Shown in pieces: positions 26,067 to 35,641 of a DNA stretch of 48,677 nt. Source of the DNA: Candidatus Collierbacteria bacterium GW2011_GWA2_42_17 (GTDB lineage Bacteria > Patescibacteriota > Microgenomatia > UBA1400 > MFAQ01); NCBI GenBank assembly GCA_000998275.1, contig LCDA01000006.1, positions 1-48,677 of the forward strand. Direction: 5' to 3'. Within the stretch, counting starts at the first letter, position 1. Each line of letters starts with the position of its first letter. The notes under the pieces are model-generated. The model was given only the letters and a program-made list of their open reading frames with translations. It made no database searches and was not told the DNA's origin. A program made the position numbers and the translations under genes.

Positions 26067-26101
26067 TTAAGTTTAATGCGGTTGATATAATATATCAAGT
26101 T

Positions 26102-26178
26102 GGATCTGTAGCTCAGTTGGTTAGAGCGCTTCATTCACATTGAAGAGGTCACTGGTTCGAATCCAGTCAGATCCACCA
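26102..26178 (+). tRNA. tRNA-Val (anticodon CAC), CCA encoded
   Basis: Manual cloverleaf: acceptor GGATCTG/CAGATCC, D arm GCTC-AGTTGGTTA-GAGC, anticodon arm CTTCA-TTCACAT-TGAAG, T arm ACTGG-TTCGAAT-CCAGT, then ACCA. A TATAAT lies at 26086-26091 upstream. Confidence 0.95.
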
Positions 26179-28248
26179 AAAAAATCTACTAGAAGCCCTT
26201 TCGTTTCTTTCAACGTAACTGACGCATTCGCCCTGATTTCTGAAGCCAAAATAATCGTACATTACTTTCCATCTATCTTTTTTACACTGTTCTTTATTTG
26301 CAGGAGAAGATTGAATGGATAAATTCTTGCCATTACTTTTCACAATGTAATAGTCATGTTGATCGTTAGAAACTATATTCCCATCAAAAATATTCCAATC
26401 TGATGTGTCTCCAATGTTACCTATGTGCAATTTATAAGTACCCTTATTTCCATCTTCAAATACTCTAATCATCAATTCCTCATTATCGTATCCCGGCAAC
26501 ATAAATAATTTATAATCTGGGAAATACAAACCCAATTGATCATTGCATTTAGTCACCTCAATATTGCATACTTCAAGTTTTCCAGGGGAACGCAGAACAA
26601 CTACAAGTGCATTTTTTCGACCATCATTATTTCCGGAAATTATTTTTGTCTGATCTAAACCTAATACCCCGAATATCTTTTGAATATTGTCATTTTTGGT
26701 AACCAACTCACCATGCCAACCTGATCCCCTAAGAATATTAGAGAAAGTACCTTTTGCACTATCTTCCGTAATTGTTCCGTCTCCATCTGCAGTTTCAAAC
26801 GGATCACTAATTGGTTTACCATCAACCCATCTTTGCAAAGCTAGATCTTCCTCTGATGGAGCAATTACCTTAACAATTTTATTGGTCTCAATATCCTTAC
26901 TATAGATGGCAGTTGTTAGGGAATTGATTTGAGAAACATTCTGATTCAAAGTGCCCAGATACAAATTTTTTTGACTAAGAGTAGACCAGGGAATAACTAA
27001 CGCATCTTTTTTTATAAAATCATAAACAGGTAACAAATCTCTTAATGATGGAACAAGTCTTTGAACTGTCTGAACATTAGATTCACCAACATTAGCTCCG
27101 AAATGTGTTGTTAGTTCAAGAGCCATTTTTGCCCACCAAACATCATTCCAGATTGTGGCTCCTTCCCAAACTCCATATGCCTCGGTTACACCCTTATTTG
27201 GTGATCCCACGGTAATAATTTTGTTTATTTTTGAAGTTCCGTATGTTTGAGTGTATGCTCTTGCCACCAGACCACCCATACTATGGCCAACCAAGTTTAC
27301 CTTTTCCCCGGTTGAGATATTGGTATCTATGTACACCTTAAGCCTTTCCGCCAAAACACTCAAAGGCTTTCTCCAGTCATAGGGAAAGATATACAGGTTT
27401 CGATCAGTATCGTTTGGATCCTTGGTATTAATAAACGAGCTAATAAGACCATTGTACTCTTTCACAAAACTGGGAACTGTCCAGTTATTTCCATCCGTTC
27501 CACTCAATATCGCCCCCATATCCCAACTAGCACCAAGACCAGGAATAAGTATTGTTGGACTAGTATTACTAAGCTCAGAAATTTTTATATAATCAATATC
27601 TATAGTTGGCCAAGCGACACCATTTGTAAATTCAGGATTTCCTAACCAAATGTACCTGATTTGTCTTTCAGATATCGAAGATTCATAGACTTTGATTCCA
27701 TCAACATATAAATAATATTTATTTCCATCCTTTTGCATTTTTAACGTGTACCATTCATTGGATAAACCATTAAAGACGCCACTATTAAAGTGGTTAGGGA
27801 TACAAGAAGGGGCTGTATTAGGACAGATAACGGTATTTACAGTAAAACCAGATACTTGTTTAGGCCAAATAATAAAAACGACATCTTCCCAAGCAACCTC
27901 CCTGGTAATACCATAGGGTAATAACTTGTCAGAGAGAACAAACCCAGCACCAAAATTTGGAGTCCCTGTAAAACGAAATTTAAATTCAATTTCAATCTTA
28001 TCGACCATTGGAAGTTCTTTCCACAAATACGGGAATTTTTTTGAATTTATAGGACTAAGTCTCAAAAAGGAATCAGACACAATTTTGGCTGATCCTGTTG
28101 CCTCAGGAGAAATTGTCCAAGAACTATCATACGTAGAGTTAAAATGGTCAGAAAAAAAATAATATGCCTCGATACCTTTCGGAAAGAAAAAAAATGCTAT
28201 GATTCCGATAATAACCCAAACTACAAGAAGCGATGTGCAGGACTTCAT
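26167..28248 (-). CDS. secreted LCAT-like alpha/beta-hydrolase (lipase/phospholipase-acyltransferase) with an N-terminal lectin-like domain
   Basis: N-terminal anchor/signal. FPYDWRKP (LCAT-family YDWR motif), nucleophile elbow LVGHSMGGLVA, ADGDGTIT (Asp region) and GWHGEL. An N-terminal ~200-aa beta-rich region has LamG/ConA-like character (YLYVDGIKV). The 3' end overlaps tRNA-Val by 12 nt on the opposite strand. Confidence 0.7.
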   Translation of the reverse strand: MKSCTSLLVVWVIIGIIAFFFFPKGIEAYYFFSDHFNSTYDSSWTISPEATGSAKIVSDSFLRLSPINSKKFPYLWKELPMVDKIEIEFKFRFTGTPNFGAGFVLSDKLLPYGITREVAWEDVVFIIWPKQVSGFTVNTVICPNTAPSCIPNHFNSGVFNGLSNEWYTLKMQKDGNKYYLYVDGIKVYESSISERQIRYIWLGNPEFTNGVAWPTIDIDYIKISELSNTSPTILIPGLGASWDMGAILSGTDGNNWTVPSFVKEYNGLISSFINTKDPNDTDRNLYIFPYDWRKPLSVLAERLKVYIDTNISTGEKVNLVGHSMGGLVARAYTQTYGTSKINKIITVGSPNKGVTEAYGVWEGATIWNDVWWAKMALELTTHFGANVGESNVQTVQRLVPSLRDLLPVYDFIKKDALVIPWSTLSQKNLYLGTLNQNVSQINSLTTAIYSKDIETNKIVKVIAPSEEDLALQRWVDGKPISDPFETADGDGTITEDSAKGTFSNILRGSGWHGELVTKNDNIQKIFGVLGLDQTKIISGNNDGRKNALVVVLRSPGKLEVCNIEVTKCNDQLGLYFPDYKLFMLPGYDNEELMIRVFEDGNKGTYKLHIGNIGDTSDWNIFDGNIVSNDQHDYYIVKSNGKNLSIQSSPANKEQCKKDRWKVMYDYFGFRNQGECVSYVERNERASSRFFWWI

Positions 28249-28287
28249 TGTGTAGAATTAATTTATAAACACCTCAAAACTATAAAA

Positions 28288-29154
28288 ATGTACGACCTTA
28301 CAATAATCATTGTAACATTTAATTCCGAAAAACATATCAAGAAATGTGTTGATACTGTCACAAAAAGTGAATTAAATAATCACAACTATAAAATTATAAT
28401 TATTGATAATTTTTCAAAAGATAATACAGTAAAAATAGTCAAAAAAATTCAAAAAAAATCAAAGGATATTTCACTTATTGAAAACAAAAACAATGTAGGT
28501 TTTGCTCGTGCAGTAAATCAAGGAATTAGACTGAATCGTAAAAGTGAATATATCCTCCTATTAAATCCAGACACCATATTAGAGAAAAATTCTCAAATAA
28601 ATTTGATTAAATGTTCAGAAAAAAACAAAGCGGGAATTTGTGGTGGTACGACAGTTAATACAAAAGGGGAAGCTAACGGAAGTTATTTTCGATACCCAAA
28701 TCTAATGGTAGGAATTTTTGATTTCACCAATATTCGAAAATTATGTAAAAACGATAAATGGCATAAATATTTTTATTATTTGGATATTAACAATTCAAAT
28801 AAAGATTCCTTTCCCGTAGACGTTGTTACGGGAGGTTTTATGTTGATAAAGTCAAGCACAATTAAAAAAATTGGATTACTCGACGAAAACTTCTTTATGT
28901 ATCTTGAAGATGTTGATTATTGCTTAAGAGCAAACAAAGCTGGTATAAAAATATTCCACGAAAACTCGTCAAAAATAATACATATCGGAGGAGCAAGCAG
29001 CAACAATAGGGATAGAATTAGGCATTGTTCATGGTTAAAATCCAGAAAAATATTCTTTTTAAAACATTTCGGTGTATTAGAAAACATTATCATCCAGCCA
29101 ATATTTTTATTGGATGATTTATTAATTCTCGCAAATAAAGTTTTTAGAATATGA
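28288..29154 (+). CDS. glycosyltransferase family 2
   Basis: LTIIIVTFNSEKHI, IIIDNFSKDNT, LNPD and MYLEDVDYCLRA (GT2 rhamnosyltransferase-like). I chose the ATG at 28288 because the longer ORF overlaps the divergent neighbour. Confidence 0.85.
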   Translation: MYDLTIIIVTFNSEKHIKKCVDTVTKSELNNHNYKIIIIDNFSKDNTVKIVKKIQKKSKDISLIENKNNVGFARAVNQGIRLNRKSEYILLLNPDTILEKNSQINLIKCSEKNKAGICGGTTVNTKGEANGSYFRYPNLMVGIFDFTNIRKLCKNDKWHKYFYYLDINNSNKDSFPVDVVTGGFMLIKSSTIKKIGLLDENFFMYLEDVDYCLRANKAGIKIFHENSSKIIHIGGASSNNRDRIRHCSWLKSRKIFFLKHFGVLENIIIQPIFLLDDLLILANKVFRI

Positions 29155-30239
29155 AAATTTCTATCGTTCGTGGCGCCTTCTTAAACCCCTTTGAACTTCA
29201 AAACTATTCTCCCCTAAAGGACAAATATGATATCACCGCAATATCATCCAAACATCCTATTTCTTCGGCAATAGATTTACCTTTAGTTAAACTCTGGTCA
29301 CCTACGGACCTTCCCAACTTTCCTTTCAAATACCCAATTCTCAACAGAATATTCGTTGACGCTCAAAAACTTGGAAACTTGGAAAAGATTATCAAGGGAA
29401 GTGACATCGTTCATGTTGCCGAAACATATTTCGGCTACACATATCAAGCCATCATGGCCAAGAGAAGGGGATTGGTACGGCGTGTTATCAGTACCGTTTG
29501 GGAAATAATCCCTTTTAATAACGAGGGGATTAAAGGCAGAAAAAAATATAAAAAATTAGCTTACGAGAATGTAGATCGATTTATTGCCGTTACGGAAAAA
29601 GCCAAAGAGGTATTAATCAAAGAGGGGGTTAAACCAGAAAAAATTTCCGTCGTCAACATGGGTATTGATCTAAAAAAATTTCACCCCCACCCATTCAAAA
29701 AACAAACCAAGGATATCAATATTCTTTGTGTGGCTCGTCTAGTTCCGGAGAAGGGAATAACAGATCTACTGGAAGTATTTCTTCTCCTTAAAGAAAAAAA
29801 TCCCAACATTAAGCTTACTTTCATAGGCTCGGGACCATTAAAAAAAGAATTAATTGGCTACAAGAATATTTTTGTAAAATCACTCCCCTATCAGAAAATA
29901 AATAAAGAGTACCAGCGTGCCGATATTTTCTGCCTTCCCAGTCGAGAAACTAAAACTTGGGGGGAGCAGTACGGTATGTGTTTACTGGAAGCCATGGCTT
30001 GTGGTCTTCCCATCGTCACCACCAATAGCGGCGCCATTCCAGAGGTTGTAGGGGACGTAGCTCTCATTTCTCCCCATTCAAACATTAAAGAACTCAGAAC
30101 AAACCTAGAGAAACTAATTTATAATGAAGATCTAAGGCACTCGCTTTCCATAGCTGCTCGTCAAAGAGCAGAAGAAAAGTATGACCGTCAAAAAATAGCC
30201 GAACAAATTGAGGAAATTTATAAATCTCTGGCAAGATAA
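29151..30239 (+). CDS. glycosyltransferase family 4 (GT-B)
   Basis: E(x7)E region EQYGMCLLEAMACGLPIVTTNSGAIPEVV. ATGA overlap with the upstream GT2. Confidence 0.88.
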   Translation: MKISIVRGAFLNPFELQNYSPLKDKYDITAISSKHPISSAIDLPLVKLWSPTDLPNFPFKYPILNRIFVDAQKLGNLEKIIKGSDIVHVAETYFGYTYQAIMAKRRGLVRRVISTVWEIIPFNNEGIKGRKKYKKLAYENVDRFIAVTEKAKEVLIKEGVKPEKISVVNMGIDLKKFHPHPFKKQTKDINILCVARLVPEKGITDLLEVFLLLKEKNPNIKLTFIGSGPLKKELIGYKNIFVKSLPYQKINKEYQRADIFCLPSRETKTWGEQYGMCLLEAMACGLPIVTTNSGAIPEVVGDVALISPHSNIKELRTNLEKLIYNEDLRHSLSIAARQRAEEKYDRQKIAEQIEEIYKSLAR

Positions 30240-31606
30240 AGAGTTACGGGATGAACCAGTTTCTTGACTTGATGGTAGAGAACTCTTAGGACATTTACCG
30301 GATGCTTAATAAAATCGATAATGTATCTCTTTTTTTGTTCCGCTTTGAAAAGCATAATTAGTTTATACAGTTCCTCCCGCGTTAACGTTTCCGACAAAAT
30401 AATTGCTTCCTCGTGATTTTCTAAAAATTCTACATTCAAAGTACTCCAGTCCATTTTTTCATTCACCATTCCTCTTTTCTTTGCGTATTCCCATATCGGA
30501 GTTCCAGGTAAAGGGGTCAACACATAAACACCAAACCCTCTTAGTTTACTGTCTTTAATAAATTTAAAAGTTTGTAGAATTTCTTCACGAGTCTCACTAG
30601 GTGAGCCTATGATAAAAGAGGCACTCGGTTCAATACCATATTTTTTGAAAATCCTTATCGCCCTCATGTGATCTTTGATGTTAACCGTATCTCCCTTAAG
30701 ATAATTAAGAATTCTAGGAGTTCCTGATTCCAAACCCATTGAAACCCCTTTAATATTCATTTTTTTAAGAAGTTTTGCCATACTTTCATCTATTAAATTG
30801 GATCTTACCGCACAACTGAAAGATATTTTTCCCAACAACTTCTCTTTACGAAGTAGGGAAACAATTTCTTTAATCCTTGGTTTACTTACAATAAATAAAT
30901 CATCCCAAAAATCAATTTCTCTTACACCGAAATGCTCATATAAATACTTGACTTCTGCCACTACATATTTCGCAGAAAAGAACCTCGTACTATTCCAAAA
31001 TCGTGAAGAAGCACAAAAAACACATCGATACGGACAGCCTCTAGAGGAAAATACATGGGTGCATTTTTCAATCCTCATCAAATCTCGTGCCGGATTCGGT
31101 ATGGTATCCATTTTTGCGATAGGTGCTCTTTTTTCTGTCTGAACAAGTTTTTTTCCATCCCAAAAAGCCAAACCACTGACTTTTATCAAATCCTTTTTAT
31201 CAAATTTTCCCTTCTCTAGATATATTGAAAACAACTCTTTGATAGCTTCCTCTCCTTCACCTATCACCGCAACATCCATATCCCTTGTGAGTGTGGTTGG
31301 TAACACGGTGATGTGGGTACCACCGATTAAAACTGGGATTTTACTTTTCTTTGCGATTTTTGCGTACTGTATCGCATAATTGTAGTTCTGAGAGACAGAC
31401 GTGATACCAACAATATCAGGTTTGTATTTTTTTATCTCATTTTTAACATCCCTATCCACAATCTTAAAATCAATCAAATCATTTTCAAAATCGTTTCTTA
31501 AGGAACTGACCAAATACCCCAAACTTAAGGGAGGCAAAGAAGTTTGCAACGACTTTGTAATGTCAATTGCGTTAATGAGAAGAAACTTTATTTTCATATT
31601 CGACAT
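30218..31606 (-). CDS. B12-binding-domain radical SAM protein (class B)
   Basis: N-terminal Rossmann-like B12-binding region (DIVGITSV...IPVLIGGTH) and the radical SAM cluster motif SSRGCPYRCVFCAS. An alternative start lies at 31597. Confidence 0.85.
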   Translation of the reverse strand: MSNMKIKFLLINAIDITKSLQTSLPPLSLGYLVSSLRNDFENDLIDFKIVDRDVKNEIKKYKPDIVGITSVSQNYNYAIQYAKIAKKSKIPVLIGGTHITVLPTTLTRDMDVAVIGEGEEAIKELFSIYLEKGKFDKKDLIKVSGLAFWDGKKLVQTEKRAPIAKMDTIPNPARDLMRIEKCTHVFSSRGCPYRCVFCASSRFWNSTRFFSAKYVVAEVKYLYEHFGVREIDFWDDLFIVSKPRIKEIVSLLRKEKLLGKISFSCAVRSNLIDESMAKLLKKMNIKGVSMGLESGTPRILNYLKGDTVNIKDHMRAIRIFKKYGIEPSASFIIGSPSETREEILQTFKFIKDSKLRGFGVYVLTPLPGTPIWEYAKKRGMVNEKMDWSTLNVEFLENHEEAIILSETLTREELYKLIMLFKAEQKKRYIIDFIKHPVNVLRVLYHQVKKLVHPVTLYLARDL

Positions 31607-31673
31607 CCAATTTTACATCAACAGATCTAATATCTGGTTTATAATAACCTAGCCTACCGATTCCTCACTTAAT

Positions 31674-32987
31674 ATGTCTATCAAACGAAGCCTGATAAAA
31701 AACGCCGCATTCAATCTTTCCGGATACTTTTATCTTCTTCTTGCCAGCTTCTTTTCTATCTCCGTACTCTTAAACAACCTTGGCCGAGATATTTTTGGTG
31801 TCTATATTTTTTTGGTCTCATTTATTTCACTGGCCGCCGTCTTTGATTTTGGGATTTCCAATGCAGTCGTTAGAAAACTATCCCTTCCAGACACCACAAG
31901 GGAAGAAAATGTCAAAACCTGGAAAACCTCATTTGCAATTTATATTGCTTTGGCCGTGGTTTTATTTATCTGCGTTTTTGTTCTTTTGCAGTATCTTTCG
32001 AGAATCATGCCGTTATTCGTTCATCTTGATAGAAACACAATAAATTGGTCTATTGGGATTTTGTCGTCAATCGTCTTTGTTAATCATCTAAACACCCATC
32101 TGCTTAATCTTTCTCAGGCAAAACAAAGATTCGATATCTTTAATTCCAAAACAATATTAGTTGGATCTGCTAACACCATAATTTCAGCACTCGTGTCGGG
32201 AGCCTATCCTAACATTGCGATTCTTTTTCTCGTTCAGTTAGTTTTCCATATCCTTACATTCATGTTTATGGTTTTTTACTCCCTAAAATATTTCACCGGA
32301 AAAGACTTTACACCCAGCTACGACAAACAAACAGGAAAGGAGCTTTTTTCTTTTGGACTGAGAAATTTTGTTGGTACACTTGCTGGTCAGGTAGAAAATC
32401 AGTTCAGTAATTTCATTCTCGGAGCTATGGTGTCTGCCAGAGCTATCACCTCCTTCAGCATTCCTCAAAGTATTGTTGCCAAAGGAGCCGGTGTTGTTTC
32501 ACAGGTTGCTCAGGCGTTTTTTCCCCTTAGTACCTCGTTACTAGAAAAAGATCGTATTAAAAAACTCAAGAAGTTGGTTCTTGGGATTGAGGGTCTTACT
32601 TTGATAGGTGGCGTTTTGGCTGTTTTTCTTTCTTTTACCATCGGACAATCATTTCTTACTTGGTGGTTGAAAGATCCTGTTGTTGTCGCGTCTGCCTATC
32701 CAATTCTTAAGGTACTTAGTTTCTATTTCGTCCTCGTATCACTAACTCCAATTCCCACGGCCTTACTTCAGGGATTAAACAAACCCCAAATCCCCTCATT
32801 TTTCGGAGCACTCACAGTTTCGCTCGAAATTATTTTTTCTCTATTTCTTGTCCGTATGGGAGCAATTGGTATCGCCTATGCTTTTCTCATTAGCGTTTGT
32901 ATAACAGTTCCTTCAATTCTGATTGTTACCTGGAAACAGTTGGAATTGGAGATAATTAAAATCAGCGAACCTTTGCCAAAGCAATAA
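31674..32987 (+). CDS. wzx: Wzx-type polysaccharide flippase (MOP superfamily)
   Basis: A ~12-TM, 437-aa protein whose architecture is typical of polysaccharide biosynthesis/export proteins, in glycan-cluster context. Confidence 0.75.
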   Translation: MSIKRSLIKNAAFNLSGYFYLLLASFFSISVLLNNLGRDIFGVYIFLVSFISLAAVFDFGISNAVVRKLSLPDTTREENVKTWKTSFAIYIALAVVLFICVFVLLQYLSRIMPLFVHLDRNTINWSIGILSSIVFVNHLNTHLLNLSQAKQRFDIFNSKTILVGSANTIISALVSGAYPNIAILFLVQLVFHILTFMFMVFYSLKYFTGKDFTPSYDKQTGKELFSFGLRNFVGTLAGQVENQFSNFILGAMVSARAITSFSIPQSIVAKGAGVVSQVAQAFFPLSTSLLEKDRIKKLKKLVLGIEGLTLIGGVLAVFLSFTIGQSFLTWWLKDPVVVASAYPILKVLSFYFVLVSLTPIPTALLQGLNKPQIPSFFGALTVSLEIIFSLFLVRMGAIGIAYAFLISVCITVPSILIVTWKQLELEIIKISEPLPKQ

Positions 32988-33630
32988 ACTGGTAGGAAAA
33001 AAGTGTAGGTATTTTACAAGCTATCCAATACTGCCAAGAAGCAGGTAGTCTGTCGGTGATTTTATATAAAAAGGGCACCTTGCACATTCCATTGGTAGGG
33101 GATAACTTAAGAATTTTTAAACCAACCTTTTTCAGTACATCCTCAAAACTTTTTTTAGTATAAAAATGTAGATGCGTTTTATCCATTATTCCCGTCGAAG
33201 TATATTGAAAATCACCCCTTAGAAGCATCCATCTAATCGAGGCATGTGCAATATTCGGAACGGAAACAATAATTTTCCCATCGTCTTTTAGAAGAGGTTT
33301 GATGATATCAAAAACACTTTCCGGATGAAGTAAATGCTCGATTACATCCAGAATAATGACGTAGTCAAAATATTTTTTTGGAACAGGCAATTTATGTACC
33401 TCGTCGATATTAGCTACAATTGTTCTTTTACAGTGTTTACCAGCCCTTTTAACAGCCTCTTTATCGCTATCAACTCCCCAAGTTTCGCAATTCTTATTAA
33501 ACAATTCCCTTGCAAAATACCCGGTTGCACAACCAATATCCAGCACTTTGGAATTAGCGTCAATTAAATTAAAAGCTAATTTGTGAGATTCAAAAGCATT
33601 ATTATTAAATTTGTTGTATCGATATTTCAT
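32962..33630 (-). CDS. class I SAM-dependent methyltransferase
   Basis: Motif I VLDIGCATGYFA and motif II/III FDYVIILDVIEHL...GKIIVSVPN. Confidence 0.85.
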   Translation of the reverse strand: MKYRYNKFNNNAFESHKLAFNLIDANSKVLDIGCATGYFARELFNKNCETWGVDSDKEAVKRAGKHCKRTIVANIDEVHKLPVPKKYFDYVIILDVIEHLLHPESVFDIIKPLLKDDGKIIVSVPNIAHASIRWMLLRGDFQYTSTGIMDKTHLHFYTKKSFEDVLKKVGLKILKLSPTNGMCKVPFLYKITDRLPASWQYWIACKIPTLFSYQFIALAKVR

Positions 33631-33679
33631 ATTTGATTGCTACTAAAGCGGTTTTGTCATTTAGGTTAGAATATAGCAG

Positions 33680-34507
33680 ATGAGCAAAAGGATAACAGCA
33701 ATCATTCTAAACTACAAACATCAAAGGGATACCACAGAGTGTATTTCTTCGATTCAAAAAACGGATATTGGCAGTGAAGTTAGCATAATAATCGTCGACA
33801 ATTCCCCTACCAAAACAAATCAACGAACATTTAAAAAATTGTTTCCGAAAGCAGACTATATTGCCAGTCCATCAAACTTAGGTTTTGCGGGTGGAAACAA
33901 TATTGGAATTAATAAAGCCCTCGCTACCGGAACCGATTACGTTCTTATCGTAAACCCAGACGTTGTCTTGCCCCATGATTTTTTTGTTCCGCTATTAAAG
34001 CACTTCGAAAATAAAAAAACCGGCATTGTTGCTCCAGCTATTTTCCACAAGCAAAAAAATGACATGTATTTTGGTCTAGATGGTAAGGTAGATTGGAGTT
34101 TGGCTAAACCCAAGCATCAAAATATTAAAAAGATCACGTCAACCAAACCAATCAAATCGGAATTTGTTACTTTTGCTTGTGTTTTAATTTCTAAAGAAAC
34201 GTTTCAAAAAGTTGGTCTTTTGGATGAAGGTTATTTTATGTACTTTGAGGACGTCGATTACTGCCTCTCAGCCAAAAAAAAGAATGTTGACATTATCCTT
34301 GACCCAAAAGTAATTATTGAGCATAGAACATCCTCCTCATTTTACAAGCCTACAGGAAAACTGTTAATCAGTTTTAAAAGCCATCTTCGTTTTATGACCA
34401 AATGGCTACCTCTATCCAAAAGGATTAAACCTTTTTTTCACGCGCTTGCTCTCTATCCTTATCTCTATCTTCTTTGGACATATCATTTTTATAAATACGG
34501 TCGATAA
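33680..34507 (+). CDS. glycosyltransferase family 2
   Basis: ITAIILNYKHQRDT, IIIVDNSP, VNPD and MYFEDVDYCLSA. Confidence 0.85.
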   Translation: MSKRITAIILNYKHQRDTTECISSIQKTDIGSEVSIIIVDNSPTKTNQRTFKKLFPKADYIASPSNLGFAGGNNIGINKALATGTDYVLIVNPDVVLPHDFFVPLLKHFENKKTGIVAPAIFHKQKNDMYFGLDGKVDWSLAKPKHQNIKKITSTKPIKSEFVTFACVLISKETFQKVGLLDEGYFMYFEDVDYCLSAKKKNVDIILDPKVIIEHRTSSSFYKPTGKLLISFKSHLRFMTKWLPLSKRIKPFFHALALYPYLYLLWTYHFYKYGR

Positions 34508-35641
34508 ATGGAAAATAATACTCGCTTCACTAAGCTCGACGGCCTTCGCGGTCTACTATCTTTGATCGTAGCGTTAAATCACTCCTTTTTAGTAATTGTC
34601 ATTCCCACGTTTGCTAATGTGTGGCAGCAAAACCCCTTCATCTTTCACGGACTCCAAAGCAAACTTCAACAGTTGTTTATGTTCCTCGGCAATGGGGGAG
34701 CTGCCGTGACGCTTTTCTTTCTTCTTTCGGGTTTGGTTCTCGGACAGTCCTTATCCAGAACAAAAATGAATTTTCGAGGACTAACTAGTTTTATGGTCAA
34801 AAGAATAATTCGTTTGTATCCTGTCTATCTATTCATTGTTGCCACAACTGCCATCTACATGAAATTTGGCTTTATCTATCAAACGTTCCCCTATTCATCT
34901 TCCTGGTTCAACTGGTGGATGAACTTCCAAATGACCTTCAAAGAACTACTCCTCAATATTTTCTTTATCCATGCTTACATTGGTGGCGTCACCTGGACTC
35001 TTAGGGTCATTCTCATTGTTTCCTTCATCTTTCCGGTCTTTTTCCTCATCAACAAAAAAACTTCTTGGTGGTTGGATATTCTAATCAGCTTTCTTTTGAT
35101 TTATCTCAGTTTTACCTTATTGAATATCGAAGGTTTTCGAGATCTTCGATATCTTTATATGTTCTATCTCGGTTTGATGATACCCAAATTTAAAACTCTG
35201 TTTTCCATGGCTTCCAATCGACTAGTCTCCGTTATTCTTCCGCTCGCTCTTATACCCTTACTCGGTTTTCGTTATCTGACCAACGAATACCAAGGAGGAG
35301 TTGTTGAAAGCATTATTTCCTTTTTTCTAATTGGTTTCGCTGCCTATGGAAACAAAGTAACCGCTCTAGATTTTTTGAATGGAAAATTTTTCCAGTTCTT
35401 TGGCAAAATTTCCTACAGTTTATATTTAATTCATTTTTCCGTTTTATATATTCTTTCAAGAATTATGTTCCAAAGTCTACCCAATCTTCCTTACGAAAAT
35501 CAGTACTTAATTATTCATCTCGGTCTCTTCTTGTTGTCGGTTATTATTGCCACGGGAGTTTCCTTTCTCGTTTATAAATTTATCGAGTTACCATCACATG
35601 TGTTGTCTACTAGTGTCGGTAAAAAAATATCTCAAGAATGA
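34508..35641 (+). CDS. acyltransferase family 3 (O-acyltransferase, OafA-like)
   Basis: LDGLRGLLSLIVALNH at the N-terminus, about 10 TM segments, and SYSLYLIHF. Confidence 0.85.
   Translation: MENNTRFTKLDGLRGLLSLIVALNHSFLVIVIPTFANVWQQNPFIFHGLQSKLQQLFMFLGNGGAAVTLFFLLSGLVLGQSLSRTKMNFRGLTSFMVKRIIRLYPVYLFIVATTAIYMKFGFIYQTFPYSSSWFNWWMNFQMTFKELLLNIFFIHAYIGGVTWTLRVILIVSFIFPVFFLINKKTSWWLDILISFLLIYLSFTLLNIEGFRDLRYLYMFYLGLMIPKFKTLFSMASNRLVSVILPLALIPLLGFRYLTNEYQGGVVESIISFFLIGFAAYGNKVTALDFLNGKFFQFFGKISYSLYLIHFSVLYILSRIMFQSLPNLPYENQYLIIHLGLFLLSVIIATGVSFLVYKFIELPSHVLSTSVGKKISQE

Noticed and set aside
26140-26322. 60-aa plus-strand ORF starting inside tRNA-Val.
   Set aside because: It begins within the tRNA T arm and runs antisense to the LCAT-like gene. 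It is an artefact.
28144-28287. 48-codon N-terminal extension of the GT2 ORF, and likewise 42523-42666 for DUF192 and 8462-8521 for dgkA.
   Set aside because: The extensions overlap neighbouring genes or their starts and add non-homologous sequence ahead of the canonical family N-termini (MYDLTIIIVTFN, MAIIKNLSQ, MQNPFRIH). I preferred the internal ATGs.
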